Shown here one piece after another: positions 18,276 to 27,647 of a stretch of DNA of 64,000 nt (positions are counted from its first letter, which is position 1; each line of letters opens with the position of its first letter). Below the pieces are notes generated by a model. The model made no database searches. It saw only the letters and a program-made list of their open reading frames with translations, and had not been told where the DNA came from. This DNA comes from Verrucomicrobiota bacterium. GTDB taxonomy: Bacteria > Verrucomicrobiota > Verrucomicrobiia > Limisphaerales > CANJXF01. Position numbers and translations under genes: made by a program. The stretch is from the NCBI GenBank assembly GCA_043775015.1, contig JAYVSV010000047.1:67876-131875 (forward strand). Direction: 5' to 3'.

Positions 18276-19604
18276 ATGGCAAAGAAAAAATCATGGTTGA
18301 GTTGGGTTTTGTTTCTCGGTGTGGCCGTTGTGCTGGCGGGAGGTGGATTTTACTTTTGGAAGAAAGCAAATAAAACGGTCACGGAGTATAAAGTCGCTGC
18401 CGTTTCACGGGGAGACGTGATCCAGACAGTCACGGCCAATGGACAATTGAATCCAGTGATGACAGTGCTAGTGGGCAGCCAAATCTCCGGGATCATCCAA
18501 AAACTTTACGCGGATTTTAATTCACGCGTAACCAACGGGCAGATCGTGGCGCAATTGGATCCATCGACCTTCCAGGCAAATGTGCAGCAGGCGAACGGTG
18601 AATTGGCGAGCGCGAACGCTTCGTTGGAATTGAATAAACTCAACGCAGATCGGGCGGCGTCGCTTTATCAAGAGAAACTTTTGGCAAAGGCTGATTACGA
18701 CAGATCGGTGGCGGATTTGCATCAAGCCGAGGCTACGGTGAAAATTCGCGAAGCCTCTTTGGTGAGGTCTAAAGTGGATCTGGCGCGGACGACTATTTTT
18801 TCCACCATTGATGGCGTGGTGATTTCGCGTGAAGTGGATGTTGGCCAAACGGTCGCTGCGAGCATGAATGCTCCGGTGCTTTTCAAAATCGCCAATGACC
18901 TCGCGAAAATGCAGATCGACGCGATGATTTCCGAGGCGGACGTAGGCGGTATCGAAATGGGCCAGGACGTGATGTTCACCGTGGATGCGTTTCCGATGCG
19001 AACCTTTCACGGCAAAGTGATTCAGGTGCGTAATTCTCCCGTGACAACGCAAAACGTGGTGACCTACGACACGGTGGTCGAGGTCAACAATCAAGACTTG
19101 AAACTTAAACCGGGTATGACCGCAACGGTTTCCGTAGTGATCGCTCGCAAGCAGGACGTTTTGAAAATTCCAAATTCTGCCTTGCGTTTTCGTCCGCCCG
19201 AAGTGGCAACCACAAAAACCGCGACGAATGCGCCTGTGGCCACTCCGGTTGCCGCGACTCCGGCCACCAATGGAGCGGGTCGCAGCGGCGGTGGAGGGCG
19301 CGAAGGACGGTCGCGTTCCGGTGGCGGTGGCTTCGGCGCAGGTCGCACCGGTGGTGCAGCAAAAGCCGAACGCGCTGGACCGAAAACCATTTACATCAAA
19401 GAGAAGAAAGTTGTGGACGGCGAAACGGTGTTTGAGCCGAAAGCGATTCAAATTCGAACGGGCATTGGCGATGGAATTTCCACGGAAGTGCTGGAAGGTT
19501 TGAACGAGGGCGACGAAGTGATCGTGGGCGTGGTGCTGCCCGAGAGCGAAACTTCCAAACCAGCGGTAAATCCATTTGGTGGCGGTGGGACGAGAAGATT
19601 TTAG
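18276..19604 (+). CDS. Efflux transporter periplasmic adaptor subunit (MacA/HlyD family)
   Basis: An N-terminal TM helix, a coiled-coil hairpin, and barrel-sandwich motifs (V.A.G.L.P......V..Q.SG.I). It also has a Gly/Arg-rich low-complexity insert near the C-terminus. Confidence 0.8.
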   Translation: MAKKKSWLSWVLFLGVAVVLAGGGFYFWKKANKTVTEYKVAAVSRGDVIQTVTANGQLNPVMTVLVGSQISGIIQKLYADFNSRVTNGQIVAQLDPSTFQANVQQANGELASANASLELNKLNADRAASLYQEKLLAKADYDRSVADLHQAEATVKIREASLVRSKVDLARTTIFSTIDGVVISREVDVGQTVAASMNAPVLFKIANDLAKMQIDAMISEADVGGIEMGQDVMFTVDAFPMRTFHGKVIQVRNSPVTTQNVVTYDTVVEVNNQDLKLKPGMTATVSVVIARKQDVLKIPNSALRFRPPEVATTKTATNAPVATPVAATPATNGAGRSGGGGREGRSRSGGGGFGAGRTGGAAKAERAGPKTIYIKEKKVVDGETVFEPKAIQIRTGIGDGISTEVLEGLNEGDEVIVGVVLPESETSKPAVNPFGGGGTRRF

Positions 19605-19606
19605 GC

Positions 19607-20368
19607 ATGAGCGCAATCATCCAGATCGACGGCGTTCATAAAACGTATCAGAGCGGCGATGTTCAAGTGCATGCGGTGCGCGGGATTTCGCTGCGAATCG
19701 AGAAAGGCGAGTTTGTGGCGATCATGGGCGCGAGCGGCTCCGGCAAATCCACCTTGATGAATATTCTTGGGTGTTTGGATCGTCCCACGAGTGGAGCTTA
19801 TTTGCTGGATGGAATTGATGTTTCCGATTTGGGCCGCGATGAACTGGCCGAGATTCGCAACGAGAAAATCGGTTTTATTTTTCAAGGTTTCAATTTGCTT
19901 TCGCGCACATCCGCTTTGGAAAACATCGAATTGCCGACACTCTACAGCAGCAAAACGATTTCGTCGGAGGAACAACAACGGCGCGCTTTGGAAGCCCTGG
20001 AATTGGTTGGATTGAAAGACCGCGCCGACCACCAACCCAATCAACTTTCCGGCGGGCAACAACAACGCGTGGCCATCGCTCGTGCGTTGGTCAATGAACC
20101 GCGTTTGCTCCTGGCGGATGAACCGACCGGAAATCTCGATACGCAAACCAGCATCGAAGTGATGGGAATTTTTCAGAAATTAAATGCGCAAGGAATTACG
20201 ATAGTGATGGTCACGCACGAACTCGATATTGCCAGGTTCACGAAACGGAATGTGGTGATGCGCGACGGGCAAATCGTGACTGATGCACCGGTGGCGAACC
20301 GTTTGGATGCGGAGAGTGAATTGCGCCAATTGCGGGAAGCGCAAAAGGCGATCAAATTGGCGTCATGA
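19607..20368 (+). CDS. ABC transporter ATP-binding protein (MacB/LolD type)
   Basis: Walker [10 protein letters not shown], signature [15 protein letters not shown], Walker [13 protein letters not shown]. Confidence 0.9.
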   Translation: MSAIIQIDGVHKTYQSGDVQVHAVRGISLRIEKGEFVAIMGASGSGKSTLMNILGCLDRPTSGAYLLDGIDVSDLGRDELAEIRNEKIGFIFQGFNLLSRTSALENIELPTLYSSKTISSEEQQRRALEALELVGLKDRADHQPNQLSGGQQQRVAIARALVNEPRLLLADEPTGNLDTQTSIEVMGIFQKLNAQGITIVMVTHELDIARFTKRNVVMRDGQIVTDAPVANRLDAESELRQLREAQKAIKLAS

Positions 20369-21573
20369 GATTCTTTGCCACCATTCGAATTGCGCTGCGC
20401 GCCTTGCGCCGAAACAAGCTGCGCACTTTTTTGACGATGCTTGGAATGATCATTGGCGTTACCGCAGTGATCGCAATGGTGAGCATTGGCAACGGCGCGA
20501 AGTCACAAGTCGAAGGGCAAATCGCGAGTCTCGGCCAAAATGTTTTGTCGGTATTTCCGGGCAGCATGAGTTCCGGTGGAGCGCGTGGCGGTTGGGGTTC
20601 GGCCAGCACCTTGACGCCAGATGAGGCGGAACTGATCGCGCGCGAAGTTCCCGGGGTCGTTGCAGTCAGCGGTGAAGTGCGCGATCGCCAGCAGGTCATG
20701 GCCAACGGCCTGAATTGGAATACGTCGGTGCAAGGCGAGTCGCCGGATTACTTGAGCATTCGTGCGTGGGGTCTCGCAGAAGGAACGATGTTTACGGAAG
20801 CCGATGTTCGCAGCGCGGGCAAAGTTGCGGTGATTGGAAAAACAGTTGCGGACCAGCTTTTCGCTGGAAACGATCCCGTTGGCGAAACGATTCGCGTTCG
20901 CAATATTCCATTTAAAATTGTTGGCGTTCTTACTTCGAAGGGAGTCAGTTTTTTCGGATCGGATCAGGACGACACCGTGATTATTCCCAACACCAGCGCG
21001 ATGCGGCGGGTGATGGGGCGACAATATTTGAGCGCGATTTTGATTCAAGCGTCCGCTCCCAGTGAGATGACACGTATTCAAACTGAAGTAGCGAATTTAT
21101 TGCAGCAAAGACGCAGTGGACGTGAACCCGATTTCACCGTGCGCAGCCAATTGGAATTAGCGGAAGCAGCCACCGCCACGTCGCGAACGATGACGGCGTT
21201 GTTGGGCGGGATTGCCTGCGTCTCGCTCCTAGTTGGCGGGATCGGCATCATGAACATCATGCTCGTCAGCGTGACCGAGCGAACTCGCGAAATCGGAATT
21301 CGCATGGCGGTCGGCGCGAAGGGAAAAGATATTCTCCTGCAGTTTTTGATTGAAGCCGTGATGCTGAGCGTGATCGGGGGCGTGATTGGAATTGTTCTTG
21401 GCGTTGGAATTTCCAAATTCCTGGCGATCAAGATGAATTGGCCGGCGCTCACTTCACTCACTTCGATTCTCGTCGCCTTCGTATTCAGCGCGGCGGTCGG
21501 GATTTTCTTCGGTTTTTATCCCGCGCGAAAAGCATCGAGCCTCGATCCAATTGAAGCGCTCCGTTACGAATAA
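20365..21573 (+). CDS. ABC transporter permease (MacB/FtsX-like)
   Basis: It overlaps the ATPase stop by 4 bp. It has the MacB periplasmic domain plus the FtsX C-terminus (..ERTREIGIRMAVGA...FFGFYPARKAS.LDPIEALRYE). Confidence 0.9.
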   Translation: MRFFATIRIALRALRRNKLRTFLTMLGMIIGVTAVIAMVSIGNGAKSQVEGQIASLGQNVLSVFPGSMSSGGARGGWGSASTLTPDEAELIAREVPGVVAVSGEVRDRQQVMANGLNWNTSVQGESPDYLSIRAWGLAEGTMFTEADVRSAGKVAVIGKTVADQLFAGNDPVGETIRVRNIPFKIVGVLTSKGVSFFGSDQDDTVIIPNTSAMRRVMGRQYLSAILIQASAPSEMTRIQTEVANLLQQRRSGREPDFTVRSQLELAEAATATSRTMTALLGGIACVSLLVGGIGIMNIMLVSVTERTREIGIRMAVGAKGKDILLQFLIEAVMLSVIGGVIGIVLGVGISKFLAIKMNWPALTSLTSILVAFVFSAAVGIFFGFYPARKASSLDPIEALRYE

Positions 21574-21576
21574 AAA

Positions 21577-21613
21577 AACGAAAAGGAGAAACATCGCTCC
21601 TTTAGTTTTCGTT
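21577..21613. terminator. Possible hairpin terminator between convergent genes
   Basis: aacgaaaaggag ... ctcctttagttttcgtt forms an imperfect stem that is A/T-rich on both flanks. Confidence 0.35.
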
Positions 21614-21728
21614 TGGATGAGCCGTTTCGCATCCCAGCTTCCGCATTTCTGCCATACGGCCAAAGCCAGAAAGCCGCACTGATCTAATTTCAGGTTCTGC
21701 TTCTTACGAAGCCGCGTCTCGGTGAAAG

Positions 21729-23099
21729 TTATTGCGCGCGCAGCCGGAAATATTTCTGTCCGCCTGTCGTATCGCTGGTGACGTTGAGTTGACTCCCTGC
21801 GACGACCGCACCTGGGACCGTGACCCAAGTGTTCAAGTTCAAGTTGGTCAGGGATTCGACAGAAAAATCTCCATAATACGCCGGCCACGAGAGGAGAACG
21901 GTGTTCTCCGACGAGCGCTGAAGGTTGAGCGTTGGCACACCCAGTTCAAACGCGCCGACGTCACTGCCGTCGCCGCCGGACGCGTTGCTGATCAACGGAA
22001 AATCGAACGGACGTGGCGCACCGCGCTGGTCGGTGAGCGTGCCGAAGCTGCTGGCTTTGCCTCGGTCGATGGCAGGACTGCCCGCCAGAGGAGCGACGGT
22101 GAAGGTTGGGCCGCCGTTGTCTCGCAGCGGACCAAGCAACGGATTGATGGGTGTATTCGTATTGCCGAGTTGGTCGGTAGATGGAATCCAACCGCTGCTG
22201 TCATTGGTCGTTCCGATCAGGTTGTACGCGCCGGAAATAAATGTTCCTCTCGCGTCCCGCCCACCCGCCGAGGCCGAATTGTCGGCGAGAATCGTGTTGT
22301 GAACCGTCGTTGATGCCGTGCCGAAATTCTCGATCGCTCCTCCGAAGACGGCGGTGTTTCCAGTAAAGGTGCAATTCGAGATTCCCACAATTGGATAGAG
22401 CATCAACGCGCCGCCGAAAGTTGCGCTGTTCGAGTAGAAAGTGGAATTATTGAACACAGCGGTGGCGGCTGGATTGACGGTGACGGCTCCGCCTCGGATG
22501 CTGCTGGTGTTGTAGCTAAACGTGCATGAGTTGGCGCTTAACGTTCCGTTCGTTTGGAATATAGCGCCCCCATCGTTTGTGCCGCGGTTGCGGGAGATAG
22601 TGCATTGTGTCAGAGACAAAACGCCTGCTGCCGCGATACCGCCACCCTGGAGATTGGAAAAATTATTGGTGATTGCGCTGAGGCTCAGGTTGAGCGTTCC
22701 CGAATCCTGAAGAATTGCTCCACCCGGCGCGCCGGTTCCTTCGACCAGCGTCAGCCCCGAAATACTGGCCACGGCATTGTTGGTGAAGTGAAAAATGCGG
22801 CCGGCGTTGTTGCCGCTGAGCGTGAGAATTTTGTCGCCCGGCCCAGAAACACCCACTCCCCTGGTCACCAGCAATTCGCCGCTCAACAAGGTGATTTTTC
22901 CAACGACATTAGTTGCGAACGCGATGGTGTTGCCGCCACTCGAAGCATTGTTATCGAGAATCGCCTGCCGCAAAGAACCGGCTCCGCTGTCGCTCGTGTT
23001 ATTCACGGTCAACGTTGCCGCCGCCGCTGGATTTATAAAAAAAACCGTGGCGCACAATGCCAGGACGCCCTGCCATAGATTGAAATTTTTTATATTCAT
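21729..23099 (-). CDS. Secreted right-handed beta-helix protein (PbH1 / choice-of-anchor-Q-like) with a C-terminal ...YFRLRAQ domain
   Basis: A signal peptide (MNIKNFNLWQGVLALCATVFFINPAAA) and repeated N(C/S)TF..N.A..GGA(I/L) coils. Then ILADN...GAYNLIG...GP..DNGGPT.T.....GSPAID.G followed by the C-terminal domain. The ATG at 23099 is preferred. Confidence 0.75.
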   Translation of the reverse strand: MNIKNFNLWQGVLALCATVFFINPAAAATLTVNNTSDSGAGSLRQAILDNNASSGGNTIAFATNVVGKITLLSGELLVTRGVGVSGPGDKILTLSGNNAGRIFHFTNNAVASISGLTLVEGTGAPGGAILQDSGTLNLSLSAITNNFSNLQGGGIAAAGVLSLTQCTISRNRGTNDGGAIFQTNGTLSANSCTFSYNTSSIRGGAVTVNPAATAVFNNSTFYSNSATFGGALMLYPIVGISNCTFTGNTAVFGGAIENFGTASTTVHNTILADNSASAGGRDARGTFISGAYNLIGTTNDSSGWIPSTDQLGNTNTPINPLLGPLRDNGGPTFTVAPLAGSPAIDRGKASSFGTLTDQRGAPRPFDFPLISNASGGDGSDVGAFELGVPTLNLQRSSENTVLLSWPAYYGDFSVESLTNLNLNTWVTVPGAVVAGSQLNVTSDTTGGQKYFRLRAQ

Positions 23100-23336
23100 G
23101 GATGTCTCCGTTTTTTGATTTAATCGCGTTCCAGTTTTTTGTTTGAGGTCTGTTTGCTGGTGAACTCGCCCGACCGTCGCGCAGTTCGCATTTAAAAGCG
23201 AGCTTGTTTTCCAGTTTTCAGAGAGGGCGAACCTTTTAGAGGAACCGTTTCCGGAAACCGCCGGAGGTAAGCACGACACAGCCGAAATCGCGCTTGCCAC
23301 GATTTCGGCTGGTCAGAGTTGATAAACTGTCGATTT

Positions 23337-24368
23337 CTACGCTCCCATTCCATCTTCAAACGATCCTTCTGCAATCGGGAAACAAAGATTGTCGCGCACG
23401 AACTGAATCGCATTCGTGCTCGTGGCATCGAGATCGCGATAGGCGCTTTCAGCTTCGACGACGAGCGGCGCGGTCTGCGTGCCCATCACCTGGCGATAGC
23501 GTTGCGGGTAGCCGCATTGGATCATCAACTCGGCATAGCGTGTCATGTTCAAATCGCCGGAGGGAATGTCGCAGAATTGCATGCCGCGCTTCTGCCAGTT
23601 CGGTTCCATCATGCGGACCGGGACGCCGCGACGGATGGTGAAATTTTTCACGTGGCAGCCGTAAATGCGCGGCGCGACTTTCAAAAAGCGCGTTTCAAAA
23701 TCTTCGCCTTCCCAGCAGTGCGACGGATCGGCGTTGACGCCTAGACATTTGTCGCCGTCGCAAATGTTCACGAGCATGTTGAAATCATCCGCAGTCATCG
23801 CTGCCGTGCCGCCGTGAATTTCATGGGCGAGAATGAGGCCAAGCTTGTTCGCGCGTTCGCGGAGTTTTGCGGTTTTTTTCACAAAACGTTCTTTGCCCCT
23901 CTCGATCAAATCGTAATCGCCGCCTTTCCAGAATCCCCACGGATAGCCCGTCGCCAATTCCCAACCGAACGCCACGCCCCAAAACATCGGCACAATTTTC
24001 ACGCCGAGGTTTGCGCAAAGATTCATCAACCGCGCGAGATGCTCCTCACACCACATTTCGATGGCGGTGGAAGATTTTCTGGCGATGTCGGGCGGAAGGA
24101 ACGGACGAATCGTCGGGCTGTTGGTCCATGCCGTCGTGTGGACCCAAAACGGGCAGTGGCATGAAATTCCGTCGAGCAACATCTCGCGTTCGGCAAAAAG
24201 ATCTTTGATCTGCTGGGCGGATTTAAAACGTTTGCCGTCCTGGAGCATGAAGCTGGAAGGCTGCGCTCCGGTCGCGCCGGAAGCCTTTGCGTAGTCGAGA
24301 AATTCGGCAAGGGTTTTGTTGCCGTGTTGCGCGCCTTCAATGCTGGGATGGAATAGAGGTTGTGCCAT
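23337..24368 (-). CDS. Sugar phosphate isomerase/epimerase (xylose-isomerase-like TIM barrel) family protein
   Basis: By-eye family resemblance (..LILAHEIHGGTA.., ..GVNADPSHC..). The ATG at 24368 is preferred. Confidence 0.55.
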   Translation of the reverse strand: MAQPLFHPSIEGAQHGNKTLAEFLDYAKASGATGAQPSSFMLQDGKRFKSAQQIKDLFAEREMLLDGISCHCPFWVHTTAWTNSPTIRPFLPPDIARKSSTAIEMWCEEHLARLMNLCANLGVKIVPMFWGVAFGWELATGYPWGFWKGGDYDLIERGKERFVKKTAKLRERANKLGLILAHEIHGGTAAMTADDFNMLVNICDGDKCLGVNADPSHCWEGEDFETRFLKVAPRIYGCHVKNFTIRRGVPVRMMEPNWQKRGMQFCDIPSGDLNMTRYAELMIQCGYPQRYRQVMGTQTAPLVVEAESAYRDLDATSTNAIQFVRDNLCFPIAEGSFEDGMGA

Positions 24369-24539
24369 AATTTTTAATGAGTTGAGTTGTTGGCGTTGAG
24401 CATTAACGAGGTCGCGGGCGGATTGCAACGGGAAATCTGCGGGAAATCTGCGTCGATTCGACTCCGCCAAATCCGTCAACGCAAACGACTCCCGTTATCG
24501 CTCTAGCCGCGTGAACTTCGTTCTGCTACAATTTTATTT

Positions 24540-27500
24540 GTGAAATCAATCAAAACGTCCGTTCTCTTCGCGATTCTGCGGACGTGGATTTTATTTTTAG
24601 TATTGATGTCCTCTCCGGTGTTGACCGCGCAGACGGGTTCGGTCGTCACCGTCAATGCCGACCATGCGCTCGTGATCAATGGGCAAAAAAAACTCCCAAT
24701 TGGATTTTCACCCGGCCCGCCCACGAACGGAAAAACACCCACGGGTGATGACGCGCTGGATGAGTTTCGCGGTGCTGGCGCACTCCTGTTCCGCATGATG
24801 CAGACGAGTGATTGGAACAGCCAGATGATCGCCGACCAGCAAGCCGCCCTTGATTGGGCCTCCCAGCATGGGATGTATGTGTGGGTCAACTTGCGGGAGC
24901 TTTCAAAATTTTCGGCCACCGATACCAATACTCCGGCGAGCCTTCGCAATATCATTAACACGTTCAAGAATCATCCTGCGGTGGGCTTGTGGAAAAATTT
25001 TGATGAAGCGTGGTGGGGCGGGGTTTCGGAGGCGGATCTCCAACGCGGTTACGAGGTGATCAAGCAGGAAGACCCGAACCATCCCGTCGTGCAAACCCAC
25101 GCGCCGCGCGGGACTTTGACGGATCTTCAGCCCTACGATGCGGCGACGGACATTCTCGCACTTGATATTTATCCGGTTGGCGTCCCGCCGGGCGCGAACT
25201 CGCTGCTCGCCAACAAGGAAATCAGCATGGTAGGGGACTATGCTCAATTCCTCGACCAAGTAGGGAACGGACAAAAGCAATTCTGGATGATTGAGCAAAT
25301 TGCGTGGAGTGGCGTGACGCCTCCGAACAAGACGTTGGTTTTCCCGACGTTCACGCAATCGCGCTACATGGCCTATCAAGCCATTATTAATGGAGCGCGC
25401 GGCTTGATGTTTTTTGGCGGCAACATCGCCGCGACGCTGAATGCCCAGGACGCACCGCTTGGGTGGAACTGGACTTTTTGGAACAACGTCCTCAAACCAG
25501 TGGTTCAACAAATAGGCGACAACAGTCCGCTCGCCGATGCGTTGGTTGCGCCAGCTTCCACGCTGCCGATTACGATGAGCGGAACGACTGTTCCCGATTT
25601 GGAGTTTTGTGTCCGCGAAGCGGCTCCTTATTTTTATATCATCGCTAGCAAACGCGAAGGGACGACAACCAATGTAACGTTCAGTGGTCTGCCCACATTA
25701 GCGGGTACCGGAGAAGTGCTTTACGAATCTTCCCGGACGGTCACTGTGCAAAACGGCCAGTTCACCGATTCATTCGCGCCCTTCGATGTTCACGTTTATC
25801 GTTTCACACCCACCAATCAAAGTCCCTTCATTTCCTCCCAGCCGCAAAGTCGCACGAACTATTCTGGAACCACTGCAACCTTCAACGTCACGGCGGGCGG
25901 CACCGCACCGTTCGCTTACCAATGGAGAAAGAACGGTTTAAATTTGTTGAATGGTGGGAATGTTTCAGGTGCGACAACGTCCGGTTTAATTTTATCCAGC
26001 GTGACCCAATCCGATGCTGCAAGCTATGAAGTAGTTGTCACTGGTTTGGGCAGTTTGACGAGTGCTCCTCCTGCGGTTCTAACGGTAATTACTAACCAAA
26101 GCCCTATCATCAACTTCCAACCACAAAGTCAGACCAACATCCTCGGTTCAACCGTGATCTTCAATGTGACGGCGGTCGGCAGCGGCCCTCTTTACTATCA
26201 TTGGAGAAAGAACAATTTAAATCTGACGGATGGTGGCAACGTTTCCGGCGCGTCATCTCCGAGTTTAACTTTGTCCAGCGTGTCGCAATCCGATGCTGCC
26301 GGCTACGATGTGGTCGTGACTGGCTTCGGTAGTTTGGCAAGTGTTCCAGTAACTTTGACGGTGATTACCAACCAAAGTCCCAACATCACTGCCCAGCCGC
26401 AAAGCCGGACAAACTCCCCGGGGACAACTGCTACTTTCAGCGTGACCGCAGGCGGCACGGCTCCACTCTACTACCAATGGTATAAGAACGGCGTTGATCT
26501 TTCGGATGGCGGAGGTATTTCCGGCGCGACAACACCTTCACTAACTTTGACCGGAGTGACGTCCGCCAATGCGGGCACTTACAACGTGGTGGTTTACAAT
26601 GCGGGAGACTCCCAGTTTAGTTCTAACGCCACGCTGACGGTTATTTATCCGATGCCTTATTACGATCCGTTCAATTACGGAGCGGGACTGAATCTCGGGG
26701 GCCAGATCAACGGGAATTATCTTACCTGGTCGGACATTGGCACCTCGACGGCGGGACCATACGTTACTGTGCAAGCTGCTAGTCTCTCGGTATCTGGTTT
26801 GAAGCCTTCGACCGGTAACAGCATTCGATTCGGCGGGCTGGGCAAGAGCGCGCGCTTTTCTTTTCCGTCAGGAAACCCCGTCACGAGCGGAACACTTTAT
26901 TATTCGTTTGCCTTGCAGGTGCTCGACACCAATGGGTTGGCCTCATCAGGAATATTTATTGGCGGATTCAATAACTCCGTTGGCACACAAACGAACCAGC
27001 CGACGGTCATCGGAACACGCGTTTATCTTCGTTCGACTGCGAACGGATACAACCTTGGAGTTGCCAAATCTTCCTCGACCGCCAGCGATTGGGTCTGGGA
27101 CTCGCGCAATTTCACAACGAATGAAATGGTGTTTATCGTCGGCAGCTACACGTTCGGCACAGCTACATCGAGCGATGACATTTCAAAAATGTGGATCAAT
27201 CCCAACCCCACCAATTTTTCTGCGGCGGTGGAACCGACAACGACACTCGTTACCGCCAGCGGTTCAGACATTTCATCCAGTCAGATCGCGAGTTTTATTT
27301 TTGTGCAACGCTCCACCACCGAGCCTGCCGTCATGCTGGCTGACGAATTACGCATTGGCAGAACGTGGGCAGACGTGACCCCGGTTTTATCGCCGACGCT
27401 GACTGATTTCGTAAAGCTCGGCCCCGGGACGTTTCAATTTTTCTACACCAACAGCAGCGTTCAAAGTTACAGCGTCTATGCTTCCACGAACCTGCTGAAC

Positions 27501-27605
27501 TGGACATCCATTGGCACAGCCACGCAAATCTCACCCGGCCTGTTTCGCTTCACCGACGCCGCCGCGAATTCCTCGCAGCGCTTCTACCAACTGCGCTCGC
27601 CGTAA
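24540..27605 (+). CDS. Large secreted multidomain protein: N-terminal glycoside-hydrolase-like region, three Ig-like repeats, a lectin/LamG-like region, and a C-terminal ...RFYQLRSP domain
   Basis: A GTG start and a signal peptide. It has three tandem 92-93-aa repeats (QPQS.TN..G.T..F.VTA.G..P..Y.W.KN...L.....SGA....L.L..V...DA..Y.VVV). The glycoside-hydrolase assignment is tentative. Confidence 0.7.
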   Translation: MKSIKTSVLFAILRTWILFLVLMSSPVLTAQTGSVVTVNADHALVINGQKKLPIGFSPGPPTNGKTPTGDDALDEFRGAGALLFRMMQTSDWNSQMIADQQAALDWASQHGMYVWVNLRELSKFSATDTNTPASLRNIINTFKNHPAVGLWKNFDEAWWGGVSEADLQRGYEVIKQEDPNHPVVQTHAPRGTLTDLQPYDAATDILALDIYPVGVPPGANSLLANKEISMVGDYAQFLDQVGNGQKQFWMIEQIAWSGVTPPNKTLVFPTFTQSRYMAYQAIINGARGLMFFGGNIAATLNAQDAPLGWNWTFWNNVLKPVVQQIGDNSPLADALVAPASTLPITMSGTTVPDLEFCVREAAPYFYIIASKREGTTTNVTFSGLPTLAGTGEVLYESSRTVTVQNGQFTDSFAPFDVHVYRFTPTNQSPFISSQPQSRTNYSGTTATFNVTAGGTAPFAYQWRKNGLNLLNGGNVSGATTSGLILSSVTQSDAASYEVVVTGLGSLTSAPPAVLTVITNQSPIINFQPQSQTNILGSTVIFNVTAVGSGPLYYHWRKNNLNLTDGGNVSGASSPSLTLSSVSQSDAAGYDVVVTGFGSLASVPVTLTVITNQSPNITAQPQSRTNSPGTTATFSVTAGGTAPLYYQWYKNGVDLSDGGGISGATTPSLTLTGVTSANAGTYNVVVYNAGDSQFSSNATLTVIYPMPYYDPFNYGAGLNLGGQINGNYLTWSDIGTSTAGPYVTVQAASLSVSGLKPSTGNSIRFGGLGKSARFSFPSGNPVTSGTLYYSFALQVLDTNGLASSGIFIGGFNNSVGTQTNQPTVIGTRVYLRSTANGYNLGVAKSSSTASDWVWDSRNFTTNEMVFIVGSYTFGTATSSDDISKMWINPNPTNFSAAVEPTTTLVTASGSDISSSQIASFIFVQRSTTEPAVMLADELRIGRTWADVTPVLSPTLTDFVKLGPGTFQFFYTNSSVQSYSVYASTNLLNWTSIGTATQISPGLFRFTDAAANSSQRFYQLRSP
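25815..26645 (+). repeat. Three tandem coding repeats (279, 276 and about 276 bp) encoding Ig-like domains
   Basis: Units start at 25815, 26094 and 26370 (NQSP...). All are in frame with the CDS. Confidence 0.85.
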
Positions 27606-27647
27606 ATTCCCTTTGCGACCTTCGCGCCTTTGCGTGAGAATTTCGCA

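Noticed and set aside
18522-19616. 364-aa minus-strand ORF across the MacA-like adaptor gene
   Set aside because: It is a shadow ORF opposite a well-supported operon gene. The composition is R/H/F-rich and not protein-like.
25815-26645. A CRISPR array (also searched for elsewhere in the window)
   Set aside because: The only regular tandem repeats are coding units of 276-279 bp (Ig domains) and the module array of about 1.5 kb. There are no short direct repeats of 25-40 bp with unique spacers anywhere.
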